The notes under the pieces were generated by a model. The model made no database searches. It was not told where the DNA came from and saw only the letters and a program-made list of their open reading frames with translations. Positions 45,920-55,291 of a stretch of DNA of 64,000 nt are shown here, piece by piece; within the stretch, counting starts at the first letter, position 1; each line of letters starts with the position of its first letter. Source of the DNA: an uncultured Candidatus Rokubacteria bacterium. GTDB lineage: Bacteria > Methylomirabilota > Methylomirabilia > Rokubacteriales > CSP1-6. Made by a program: the position numbers and the translations under genes. Where the stretch lies: positions 192,001 through 256,000 of the forward strand of contig CAWBMV010000034.1 of the NCBI GenBank assembly GCA_963789955.1, given 5' to 3'.

Positions 45920-46353
45920 GAGGAGCTGGCTCAGTTCAGCGTGGACTTGGCTCGTGTGGTGAGGGCATCGCGGGGAGGAACCTAAAGCCGGTTAGGTAGC
46001 CTCGTCAACGACTATGTAACGACTATGTTTTGATACGGCCACCGTCACCGCTAGCGGCAAAGGGACCTCGATTCGAGAATGGGTAGTGGGGCATCCAGCA
46101 GAAAAGGTAAGTGAGCTAATACTCACGCCCACCCAAGCCCTCCTGACGTGGGCGTGCCGGGTCGCGATCGTGGTGCCGCGTGGGGGGACCGGGGCGCGGG
46201 GTGCGATGGCGAAAGCGCGTTTGAAGTTCCTACGCTCGACCTCCGGCTCCCGCGCGCGCGGCACCCGGCGCGGCTTCGGGGTCGACCCCGCTGGCGGTCT
46301 CCCGCATGGCTCCGCGCACGGCCGTCCGACCCATCGCGTCGGTCACGTCGACG

Positions 46354-48138
46354 TCAGCCATCGATCGACAGGCGCTCGAGCTCGCGTCCCAGCATCGCGT
46401 GGACGGCGCGCTGGGCGACGATCGGGCGCACGGTGTGGTCGCGCCCGGGCAGCGTCTCCAGGACAGCGTTGGGCCACTCGTCCATCCGGGCGAGGATGCC
46501 CTCCGAGCGGAGCTCGTCGTAGACCGGCTCGTCGCCGGAGAACCCGAGGACGACCCGGGTCCCCCGATCGCGCAGCGCATCCATGAGGCGCGCCGTGGTG
46601 GGACCCGTCGCGTCCGACCGGGCCGCGGCTGTCAGGCGTCGCGGAGCCCGGACGGCGGCCTTGATGGCGCGCCCGGCCACGGCCCGCGAGACTGCGACCA
46701 TCCGCGAAGCACCCAGCTCGCCCCGGGCGACCCGCCGCCAGACCGAGGGCTGGAGCAGCCGTCCGATCTTCGCCGCCTCCCGGCGCTGGAGCAGCCCGGC
46801 GTCCCACACCATCGCCCCCGGGTTGACGACGAGCGCGGCGATCACCCGGCCGTCCGTCGCCGCCGTGTTCACCGCCCAGTAGGCCCCCGCGCAGAGGCCG
46901 ATCAAGACGAAGCGCGGACCGAGGCCGCGCGCTTGCAGGTCATCCAGGATCGCTCCGACCTCGGCGCCGTAGGCGGGGGTGTAGAAGTTAGCGACGTCAC
47001 GATAGCGGCCCGGGTCGCCGTCCGAGTCGCCGATCCCCTCGAGGTCGACCCGGAACGTGGGGACACCGCGCCGGGTCCAGTCCCGGGCGATCTCGGTCCA
47101 CAGCCGGTTCGGGCCCACCCGCCGGACCGCGCCGGCGTTGAGGAAGACGGCGCAGAGCGGCGTGGCCGGGGCGTCGACGGGCTCGGCGAGCAGGCCGAAG
47201 AGCTGGCCGAACGGCTGCGCGATATGGACGGGTGTTTCCCGGATCGGCCGGCCGTCCAGGCAGAGCTCGAGTCGATCGAGCGCCTCCGGCGCCTCGACCG
47301 CGACGGGGCGCGGCCGCCCGACGGGGGCGCCCGCCAGCCATCGGCCGACCCGGTCGAAGACCTCGGCCGGCGGCGTGTACTGCTCCGGATGGAAGACCAT
47401 GTCCGTCCAGCCCGGGCCGGGGGCCGCCGTGACGTCGACCCCCGCCTCCGCCAGGTGCGCCTCGAGCGCGGCGTCGCGAGCCAGGCCCTCGCGCTGGAGG
47501 AGCAGGGCGCGCTGGAGGCGGCCGAGGGGCAGCTGGTCGAGCTCGAGCGGCGCGATCGCCGCGATCGTCTCCGCCGCCAGGACGAACCCGCCCACCTCCA
47601 GCCAGCCGTCGGGCAGGACGGTCGGCTCGGGCTCGCCGCTCACGCTGTACCGATCGCTCTGGAGAGCGGCGAACGCTCGCTGCTCGCGCAGGAACGCCCG
47701 GCCCCGGGAGGGCGCCGCCCAGAGCACGAGGTCGTCGACCGGCGCACCGTCGGCGATGGCCTTGCCGGCCACGAGACCGCCCAGCCCCAGGCCGATCAGC
47801 GCGACGCGGTCCACGCCCGGGCGGGCGGCGAGCCAGGCAGCGGCGGCGCCGATGGCACTGGTCCAGGCGTCGAGCCGGGCCGGATCGCCCGGCGTGCCGG
47901 CGCTGTCGCCGATCCCCGGCAGGTCGATGCGGAGCGTCGGGTGTCCGTCGGCCGCCAGGCGTTCGGCCCAGGCCCGCCGGCTGGCGTACGACGTGATCTC
48001 GTCCCAGCCCCACGGCCCGACGATGAGGACCGCGGTCGCGGAGTCCGGGCCCGAGGCGGCGTCGTGGAACGTCCCGAAGACCGCGTCGGGCGACGCCCGC
48101 AGCCAGATCGAGCGCGCAGCCGGGGACGGGACGGTCAC
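46354..48138 (-). CDS. Tandem double alpha/beta-hydrolase-fold protein
   Basis: GTG at 48138 overlaps the GH2 TGA. Two repeats of RxDLxGIGDS; elbows GLGLGG and GLCAGA; also RRVGPNR and DHT. Confidence 0.8.
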   Translation of the reverse strand: MTVPSPAARSIWLRASPDAVFGTFHDAASGPDSATAVLIVGPWGWDEITSYASRRAWAERLAADGHPTLRIDLPGIGDSAGTPGDPARLDAWTSAIGAAAAWLAARPGVDRVALIGLGLGGLVAGKAIADGAPVDDLVLWAAPSRGRAFLREQRAFAALQSDRYSVSGEPEPTVLPDGWLEVGGFVLAAETIAAIAPLELDQLPLGRLQRALLLQREGLARDAALEAHLAEAGVDVTAAPGPGWTDMVFHPEQYTPPAEVFDRVGRWLAGAPVGRPRPVAVEAPEALDRLELCLDGRPIRETPVHIAQPFGQLFGLLAEPVDAPATPLCAVFLNAGAVRRVGPNRLWTEIARDWTRRGVPTFRVDLEGIGDSDGDPGRYRDVANFYTPAYGAEVGAILDDLQARGLGPRFVLIGLCAGAYWAVNTAATDGRVIAALVVNPGAMVWDAGLLQRREAAKIGRLLQPSVWRRVARGELGASRMVAVSRAVAGRAIKAAVRAPRRLTAAARSDATGPTTARLMDALRDRGTRVVLGFSGDEPVYDELRSEGILARMDEWPNAVLETLPGRDHTVRPIVAQRAVHAMLGRELERLSIDG

Positions 48139-50738
48139 GCCGGCCGCGCCGCGGTCGCGATGGCGACCCGTCCATCGAGGTTGAGCGCGGTGAGCGCGCC
48201 GCCCGCGAAGGCCCGCCCCGCCATGAGGGGCCGCAGCGCGATCGTGCGCGACCCGCCCGGCTCGACCGAGAAGGCGTCGTCGGACGGCGCGAAGCCGGCC
48301 ACGTGGATCCGGACGCCGTACGCCAGGCGCCGGGTGGCGACCGTCAGGCGGACGCTCCCGTTCGGCTCGGCGCAGGCGCTCGCGGCGAGCCCCAGGCGCT
48401 GCTCCGACTCGACCGCCCGGGGCCGTCCGGCGGGGAAGTGGAACGCCTGCGAGATGAGCTCGACGCCATCGGCGCCGTCGCGCTCCAGGCTCGCCACGAT
48501 CGCGTCCTGGGCGGGCGGGCCGAACCGGTATGCCCAGGCCGCGTCGACGAAGTGTCCGATGAGCACCTCGACATCGCGCTGCGCGGCGCCGTGGGCGGAC
48601 ACCTCGAGCCACTCTTCGCCGTGGCCCACCGGCCGCTCGAGGTCCGAGTACAGGGCGATCCGGACGCGCGCCCGCAGGGCCGCCGGGCCATCGTTCGCGA
48701 TGTGCGCGATGACGCCCCCGATGCCCTCGTCGACCAGCCAGATCGCGCTCGGGGCGAGGATCCGGCGCAGGTGGTGATAGGCGGTCTTCGGGCGGCCGCG
48801 GTCGTCCACGACGCCCCAGCCCGCGCCGGCGACGAGGTCGCGCAGCCACAGGATCAGGCCGCCGCCGCACGGCGACCCGGCCCGACGCCACTCCCCGTAG
48901 ACCTGCTCCATGACCTCTCCGGTCACCGCCCGGGACAGCTCGAGGTAACGGGCGACGTCGTCCCGGCGCAGCGCGGCGGGATCGACCCGGAACAGGAGCG
49001 CGAGGTAGTGGTCGCGCACGTCGTCGAAGTCCCAGCCGGCCCCCGGGTCACGGGCCACTCCGGCCTTCCAGCGCGGATCGTGGATGAACGCCTCGTCGGG
49101 GGATCCGGGGAAGATCGTCGCCAGGGTCTCTTCGTCGGGCACGTTCGCGAACGCGAGGGACTCGCCCGCGAAGCGGAGCCCGCTCGTGCGCGCGTCCGAG
49201 AGCGGTCCGCGATAGCCGCCCACCCCGTAGTAGTTGGTCACGCCCCGATCGGGCCGGATGGGCAGCTCGCCACCGAACGGGGAGGAGGGCACGTAGATGG
49301 CGTCGAGACCGGCCTCGCGCGCCGTCCCGGGGAGCCAGTGGTCGAAGAACGGGATGCGCGCCAGGGCCATGTCCAGGCCGAGCATCGCCACCTGCTGCTC
49401 GATCTCGCTGCTGCCGCACAGGACCGCGGTGCTGGGCCGGCCGGCGAGCCGCTCCACGACGTCCCGGGCCTCCGCCTCCGCCACCCACCGGAAGTCGTCA
49501 TCGGTGAACGGGTAATCCATGCTCGCGAACATGAGATCCTGCCAGACCATCACCCCGAGCTCGTCGCACAGCTCGTGGAAGGCGTCCTGCTCGTAGGGAC
49601 CGAAGCCGGACAGGCGGAGCATGTTCATGCCGGCCGCCCGGACGGTCTCGATGGCCGCCCGCAGCTCCGCCCTCGAGGGCGTCAGGCCGACGATGTCGAG
49701 CGGCATCCACAGGGCCCCCCGGGCGAACACCGGGACGCCATTGACGTGGATGGACAGGCCGTCGCGGTCGATGTCGTGATCCGGCGTGGGGCCCGGGGTC
49801 AGCGTCCGGAAGCCGACCCGCCCCAGGTCGATCGTCGTCGGCCGCACGTCCTCGCCGAGCAGGATCCGGACGTCGTGGAGGGCGGGCTCTCCGTGCGTGT
49901 GGGGCCACCAGCGGCGGACGGCCGGCACCCGCAGCCGGCCCTCCGCGATGAGCTCGTCGGCGGTCCCGTCGGCGGCCTCGACGATGCCGATCGCCGCGCG
50001 GTGGCGACCCGACGGGCCGTCCAGCTCCAAGGTCGTCCGCCCGGTCGGCGCCCCGCCGAGGTTCCGGAGGCGGAGGCGCACGGACAGGATCCCGTCGTCA
50101 CCGTCGAGGCGAGGGCGGAGCGTCGCTCCGAGCACGGCGACCCGCCGCCGGCGCTCGAGCCGCACCGGGCGCCACGGTCCGACCGCGACGGGACCGGGCG
50201 AGAACCCCGGGATCCGGCCGAGCAGCATCGTTCGGAACCAGCGCAGGTTGTTGTCCGGCACGAGCCGGGTCCGCCAGCGCGCCCGCGGCCGGCGCTGTGT
50301 GCCTAGGAGCGGGGCGAGCGCGCGACAGCGGATCGCGAGCTCGTTCGCGCCCCGCAGGAGCGCCCCGACATCGAGCGCGTGGCGCGCGAACATCGAGTCG
50401 CCCTGGAGCAGCAGGTGTCCGTTCAGCCAGACCTCGGCCACGGTCGCGATGCCGTCGAGGTGGAGCACGACCTCCTCGTCGGTCGCGGCGGGCGCGGCCT
50501 CGAACGTCGTCCGGAACCACCAGTCCTGGCTGTCCAGCGGGCCGGCCTCGCGACCCGCGTCGCGCAGGAGGCCGGCCGCCGTGCCGGGGACGCGGGCCGG
50601 GAGCCAGTCGAGGTCGTCGATCGCCTCCGGCGAGGGCCGTCGATCGGGCTCGGCCCAGGCGGCCTGCCAGCCCTGCTCGAGAGGGAGCTGTTCATACCCA
50701 TCGACGTGGGTGCGCGCAGGGGTCAGGCCGGCCGGCAT
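48135..50738 (-). CDS. Glycoside hydrolase family 2 (beta-mannosidase-like)
   Basis: Motifs LDGIATVAEVWLNG, WWPHTHGEP, NMLRLSG, CDELGVMVWQDLMFA, LCGSSE (acid/base position) and FAGE (nucleophile position). Confidence 0.88.
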   Translation of the reverse strand: MPAGLTPARTHVDGYEQLPLEQGWQAAWAEPDRRPSPEAIDDLDWLPARVPGTAAGLLRDAGREAGPLDSQDWWFRTTFEAAPAATDEEVVLHLDGIATVAEVWLNGHLLLQGDSMFARHALDVGALLRGANELAIRCRALAPLLGTQRRPRARWRTRLVPDNNLRWFRTMLLGRIPGFSPGPVAVGPWRPVRLERRRRVAVLGATLRPRLDGDDGILSVRLRLRNLGGAPTGRTTLELDGPSGRHRAAIGIVEAADGTADELIAEGRLRVPAVRRWWPHTHGEPALHDVRILLGEDVRPTTIDLGRVGFRTLTPGPTPDHDIDRDGLSIHVNGVPVFARGALWMPLDIVGLTPSRAELRAAIETVRAAGMNMLRLSGFGPYEQDAFHELCDELGVMVWQDLMFASMDYPFTDDDFRWVAEAEARDVVERLAGRPSTAVLCGSSEIEQQVAMLGLDMALARIPFFDHWLPGTAREAGLDAIYVPSSPFGGELPIRPDRGVTNYYGVGGYRGPLSDARTSGLRFAGESLAFANVPDEETLATIFPGSPDEAFIHDPRWKAGVARDPGAGWDFDDVRDHYLALLFRVDPAALRRDDVARYLELSRAVTGEVMEQVYGEWRRAGSPCGGGLILWLRDLVAGAGWGVVDDRGRPKTAYHHLRRILAPSAIWLVDEGIGGVIAHIANDGPAALRARVRIALYSDLERPVGHGEEWLEVSAHGAAQRDVEVLIGHFVDAAWAYRFGPPAQDAIVASLERDGADGVELISQAFHFPAGRPRAVESEQRLGLAASACAEPNGSVRLTVATRRLAYGVRIHVAGFAPSDDAFSVEPGGSRTIALRPLMAGRAFAGGALTALNLDGRVAIATAARPA

Positions 50739-50742
50739 GGTG

Positions 50743-52644
50743 TCAGCGTACGGCGTCGCGCAGCGAGCTCATCGCCTCGGTCCATGCGTCGCCCAGCGCA
50801 CCCATGGCATCCGTGGGATCGAAGGGCCGGCGTCGGGCCAGCTTGAAGCCGAGCAGCTTGCAGCCCTCGACGATCCGGGCCATCGCCGCGGTCGCCGGGG
50901 CGCCCTCGTCGCCGAGCAACCAATCCACGTGGGAAGCGAGGAGCTCGAAGCCGGCCCCGGCCATCCGGAACGTGGCGAACGTGAACGCGTGGTACAGCGC
51001 GTCGTCACCGGCGAGGAGGGCGGGCAGGTCGGCCGCCAGCCGCGCGCCGAACCGCTCGAACGGGTTGCCGGCGACCACCCGGTCGAGGTGGCCGCGGAGG
51101 ATCCCCCGGGCCGCCGCGCGCAGCGCATCGCCGCGCAGCGTGGGGCCGGCATCGAACCGGATGAGCTCCGTGTACGGCGGCAGCACGTCGTCGGACCAGC
51201 CCGGCCCCAGGCGGAAGGCGCCCCGGAAGTCGTGGTCGGCCAGCTCGTACAGCGACGTGTTGTGGAAATACCGGAACCGCTGCCCGGCCAGGTCGATCGC
51301 CTCGGCGATCACGCCGGTCTTGACGTGGCCCCGTCCGTAGGTCGTGGCGGCCGTGTCGGGCAGGTACCAGGCATCGAGCTCGATGGTCATCGTCCGCCCG
51401 AGCGCGATGAGCTCGGCGATCTGGTCCGGGATCGGGCGATACGGCTGCGTCTCGTGGATGTCCATCCCGTACAGCAGCTCGAGGTCGACCGCGAGCGGCT
51501 TGAAGAACACCCACTGGTCGTTCTCGAAGTCCATCCGGACGAACGATCCGAACGCCGCCAGCGGCTCGTCCCCGCGGGCGTGGAGCAGCTCGATGACGAT
51601 GTCCGTGAAGCAGTCCGTCTCGATGTACGTCCGCTCGCCCGCGTGGAGCGGATGCGGGCGGTACGTCGCCGGGTCGTGGCCGAACAGGCTGACCAGGCCG
51701 GTCGGCACGGCGTTCACGGCCAGCAGCTCCGCTCGCACCTCGTCGGGCCAGGCGTTCAGGTCGAGTCCGTTGGCCCGGAACATGGCCAGCGTGATCCGCT
51801 CCACGCCAAACCCGAGGCACCCGGTATGGGCGATCCCACCGCCCTCCAGGCCGAACCCGTACAGGAGCGTGAAGTGGTCGAGGTGGTAGTTGAACGAGGC
51901 GATCGCGGTGGGCTCCGGGCCGCCGATCTGGGCGACCAGCTCGAACTTCAGCTCCTGGGCGCGCTGGTTGGCGGCGAGCATCCGGCCCGCCCGCCCGAAG
52001 AACGGATCGGCCGCGACCTCCGACTCGGGGCGGATCCCGAGACGGCGGAAGAGCTCGATCGTGCGCTGCTGCCAGTCGTTGCGCCAGGCGGCGACGGTGT
52101 CGGGCGCGCCGATCCGCACGAGCTCGTGCATGTGGAAGATCTGCATCCGGGCCGGGTCGCCCGACGGCTCGTTGCGGAACACCCACGACGCGCCGGTGTC
52201 GACCGTCACGCCGTCCGCCGGCAGCGGCCCGCGCTTGGCGATCTCGGGGTACACCGGGTAGCAGGCGGCCGGCAGGACGACGAGGTCGGTCATCGACTGG
52301 AACCGGCTCCAGTCCTCGTGGCGGCCCGCGACGGCTTCCTGCTCCGCGGCCTCGGCCTCGGACCCATCGAACGAGAAGACCGTGCCGAGCAGGTGCGGGA
52401 ACGATCCCAGGTAACCGTTGGTCTCGAGCTGCTGGCGGGGCAGGAGCGGCGGGAAGCGCATCGGCTCGGCGCCGTCGGCTGCGCCCGCTCGGGACAGCGC
52501 GGCGCAGAACCCCAGCCGGGCCCGCTCGAAGTCGGATCCCTGCCCGTAGACGCCGGGCAGGACCGTCTCGACGAGGAGGCCGTGGTCGATGAGGGCGGCG
52601 AGGAACGCCGCCTGCTCAGCGGTCGCCGCCCGGAACTGGGTCAT
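50743..52644 (-). CDS. SerRS-like amino acid:[carrier protein] ligase (aa 1-~308) in frame with a DUF1839-family protein (from GTG 51717); possibly two genes joined by a 1-nt insertion
   Basis: Ligase motifs YLGSFPHL, PAACYPVYP, FRNEPS, FHMHELV, DPFFGR, SFNYHLDHF and HTGCLGFGVER. DUF1839-like motifs HPLH..ETDCFTD, DFENDQWVFFKP and YFHN. Confidence 0.85.
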   Translation of the reverse strand: MTQFRAATAEQAAFLAALIDHGLLVETVLPGVYGQGSDFERARLGFCAALSRAGAADGAEPMRFPPLLPRQQLETNGYLGSFPHLLGTVFSFDGSEAEAAEQEAVAGRHEDWSRFQSMTDLVVLPAACYPVYPEIAKRGPLPADGVTVDTGASWVFRNEPSGDPARMQIFHMHELVRIGAPDTVAAWRNDWQQRTIELFRRLGIRPESEVAADPFFGRAGRMLAANQRAQELKFELVAQIGGPEPTAIASFNYHLDHFTLLYGFGLEGGGIAHTGCLGFGVERITLAMFRANGLDLNAWPDEVRAELLAVNAVPTGLVSLFGHDPATYRPHPLHAGERTYIETDCFTDIVIELLHARGDEPLAAFGSFVRMDFENDQWVFFKPLAVDLELLYGMDIHETQPYRPIPDQIAELIALGRTMTIELDAWYLPDTAATTYGRGHVKTGVIAEAIDLAGQRFRYFHNTSLYELADHDFRGAFRLGPGWSDDVLPPYTELIRFDAGPTLRGDALRAAARGILRGHLDRVVAGNPFERFGARLAADLPALLAGDDALYHAFTFATFRMAGAGFELLASHVDWLLGDEGAPATAAMARIVEGCKLLGFKLARRRPFDPTDAMGALGDAWTEAMSSLRDAVR

Positions 52645-53827
52645 CAGACGTCCTTAGCGATCAGCAGCAGGCTGGCGTTCGTCTGGTGGATCCGGTCGTT
52701 GGCCACCATGAGGCTGGCCGACATCGTGTCCCGCAGGTGGCGTCCGACGCTGAACGGCGTGTCGTTCTTGTAGCCGACGATCCCGCACACCGCCATCGCC
52801 CCCTGGCAGACCCTCGGCGCCTGCTCGGACGCCGCGATCTTGAGGTTGTTGAAGCGCAGGATCATGGCCATTGTCGAGAGCTTCTCGCGGTCGTCGCCGA
52901 CGGACGAATCGGTGAAGTCGCGCATGGCCGAGCTGACCTCGGCCCGGAGCAGCGACAGCTCGCTCATCAGGTGCGAGAGCCGCGTGGCGGTCGGCGGCAC
53001 GATGTCGGGCCGGCCCTTCGCGGACGCCTTGACGAACGCCCGCGCCCGGTCGAACGCGTCGGTGGCGATGCCCAGCCACAGGTGCGACCACAGGATGTGC
53101 GAGATCGGCACCATCGATTCGATACCGGCACCGCGAGAACGGCGCCGGCAGCACCTGCTCGACGGGGAACTCGGCCCGGACGACGTAGCCCGGCGAGCAC
53201 GTGCCGCGCATGCCCAGCGGGTCCCAGGTTCCGGTCGGCTCGAGGGTGTACTGCTCCGGTGGGTCAGGACGAGGACCTGGTCGCCCGGCTCGGCGTCGGG
53301 AGCCCGGCGCAGGGTCGTGAGCAGGTCGTCCGCGTCGGCGCCGTAGGAGACCGTCGGCGCCTGCTTCTCGAAGGTGGCCCGGCCGTCGCCGGACGGGGTG
53401 ACCGCCGCGATCGAGCGCCCGAGGTCGCCGCCCGTGCCGACCTCCGAGGTGACCGAGGCAACGAGTCGCTGGTCGCGGGCGACCTCGCGCAGGTACGCCG
53501 CGAACCAGGCGTCGCCGTCCACATGGCGCACGATCGTCGCGATCATGGATCTGGTGCATCGCGAAGACCATCGCGCTGGCGCCACACCGGCGGCCGAGCT
53601 CGAAGCACGCCGCGGCGATCGCCGGGAACGAGACGCCGCCGCCGCCGTACTCCTCGGGGATGAGCGCCGACAGGGCTCGCTCGGCCCGCAGGGCATCGAT
53701 GGTCTCCGCCGGGAACCGCGCGTCGCGGTCGACTCGGTCGGCGTTGGGCGCCGCGAACTCGTCCGCGATGCGGCGGATCGGTCCGGGTGAACGCCTGGTC
53801 CCGGTCCAGCGCGGCCGCGGTGGTCAT
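52644..53827 (-). CDS. Acyl-CoA (probably acyl-carrier) dehydrogenase; several apparent frameshifts
   Basis: ATG at 53827 overlaps the ACP TGA. Motifs MVFAMHQI, SVTSEVGTGGD, WDPLGMRGTCS and GRHLRDTMSA. TGATG overlap with the ligase. Confidence 0.82.
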
Positions 53828-54069
53828 TCTGCGGACTTCCCCAGCTGCTGGAGCGCTTCCCGGATCGAGGAGACGCTCTGGAAGACGCTCCGCTTGAGCA
53901 TCGAGTCCGGGAACTCCACGTCGAACGCCGTCTCGAGGGCGAGCATGAGGTTCACGCTCGCATGGGAGGTCATGCCCGCCTGGTACAGGTCGGCCTGGTC
54001 GCCCAGGGTCTGGACGTCGACCGACAGGCGGCCGTGCTCCTGGATGATCTGTCGGATCTTGTCGCTCAT
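53824..54069 (-). CDS. Acyl/aminoacyl carrier protein cognate to the aa:CP ligase
   Basis: 81 aa, DLYQAGMTSHASVNLMLALE...FDVEFPD. Non-canonical TSH motif in place of DSL. Confidence 0.88.
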   Translation of the reverse strand: MSDKIRQIIQEHGRLSVDVQTLGDQADLYQAGMTSHASVNLMLALETAFDVEFPDSMLKRSVFQSVSSIREALQQLGKSAE

Positions 54070-54171
54070 GACCGTCGCCTCGTCCTCGCCTCGTGGTGCT
54101 ATTTCGCCGTGGGCCGCGACCGGGATTTTCGGCCCGGAGCAAGTGCAGTCGAGGCGTCAACGCCCACGGAA

Positions 54172-55050
54172 TCAGACAACGCCTGTGCCGGTTGGAGGAC
54201 CTCCGACCGTCCACGCTTCACCCATGATCTCGGCAAGACTTCTAAAATCACCCGTGTACGGGCTCACCGCCCACTGACACGGAACCGAGATCGTCACCGG
54301 AGTCTTGTCGTTGTAGTCCAGTTCCGTCCAATCCGATACGTCGATGACGTTCTCGTCGGCGTCGACGTCACCGAGCGTGAGGATCCAACCGAGCGGCCAG
54401 AAGGCGAATCCCGCTACGAGGTGACCCTTGCGCCGCTCAAGCTTCAGCGCGAACCCGGTCATCATTCCGCCAGGATTCGCTCTGAGGTAGAGCCAGAGGC
54501 GTAGTGGAGCGATGCGCCGTATTGCGGTGCGGTCAAGCAGCAATTCCCGGAGCACCGGGTACCTCGCCGTGATCCCGGGTTGGGACGACGCAGCGAATGA
54601 GGCGAGCGCTTCCTTCGCGACGCGCTGGCGGTGAGCGGTGACGTTCAGCGGGCAAGACCTCCCGGCGTTCTTCGGCTGGGCAAACGGCGAGGCGAGGCGC
54701 ACGAATCTGACGTATGCCGGGTTGTACCAGCTGCCGGTGTGGTTGTTGCAGGAGGCACACAGCGTCTCGAGCGTCGCGCCGTAGATGCGCTCACTCCGCC
54801 AGCGTACCGCTCCGGCGACTGCAGACGCGGCGTCATCGATCATTCCCCGGAACATCGGACCGACGTTTCCGGCCTTCTTCGAGGGCGCGTGCTCCGCGGT
54901 GAGCGCAGCTTGGGACCCGCAGATGCAACATGTAGAGGGGTTACCGAGCGCCTCGATCTCGGCAATCTCCGCCATGAGGCGAGCCGCCTCTGCCTCCATA
55001 CCAGGGAAATGGCGCTCGTCGCCCGGTCTGGTGACCCACATCTTCAGCAT
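54172..55050 (-). CDS. Hypothetical protein with an HNH-endonuclease-like zinc-finger N-terminal domain
   Basis: Pattern CCICG...EHAPSK...TLCASCNN. Visibly lower GC than neighbouring genes. Confidence 0.6.
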   Translation of the reverse strand: MLKMWVTRPGDERHFPGMEAEAARLMAEIAEIEALGNPSTCCICGSQAALTAEHAPSKKAGNVGPMFRGMIDDAASAVAGAVRWRSERIYGATLETLCASCNNHTGSWYNPAYVRFVRLASPFAQPKNAGRSCPLNVTAHRQRVAKEALASFAASSQPGITARYPVLRELLLDRTAIRRIAPLRLWLYLRANPGGMMTGFALKLERRKGHLVAGFAFWPLGWILTLGDVDADENVIDVSDWTELDYNDKTPVTISVPCQWAVSPYTGDFRSLAEIMGEAWTVGGPPTGTGVV

Positions 55051-55132
55051 GGTGTCGATTGTCTCACCCGGAGACGGTGCGTCGCACGAGCGGATCGCGG
55101 TGAGGCGCGAATGAACGAGGCCGCGGGACTCG

Positions 55133-55291
55133 CTACCGCGCTCGCCGGCGCTGTATCGGGCGTTGACGCTTTGGCTTGTCGCCGCGCGGTGACCTCCCGG
55201 TGTAGTCTCGCTTTGGCTCGGCCGCCTTGGTCACCTTCGGGCGTGCCAGGTCGGGCTCGTCGGCTGAGATTCCGTTTTGGTTGGTCTCCAT
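55133..55291 (-). CDS. Small basic hypothetical protein (52 aa)
   Basis: Strong RBS GAGGAGGT precedes METNQNG...; Arg/Lys-rich C-terminus. No family recognised. Confidence 0.35.
   Translation of the reverse strand: METNQNGISADEPDLARPKVTKAAEPKRDYTGRSPRGDKPKRQRPIQRRRAR

Noticed and set aside
45992..46350. Short ORFs between the IS3 remnant and the hydrolase
   Set aside because: No recognisable motifs or RBS; probably junction debris.
46306..52773. Plus-strand ORFs of 823, 667 and 995 aa in the island
   Set aside because: Antisense shadows of the well-supported minus-strand operon.
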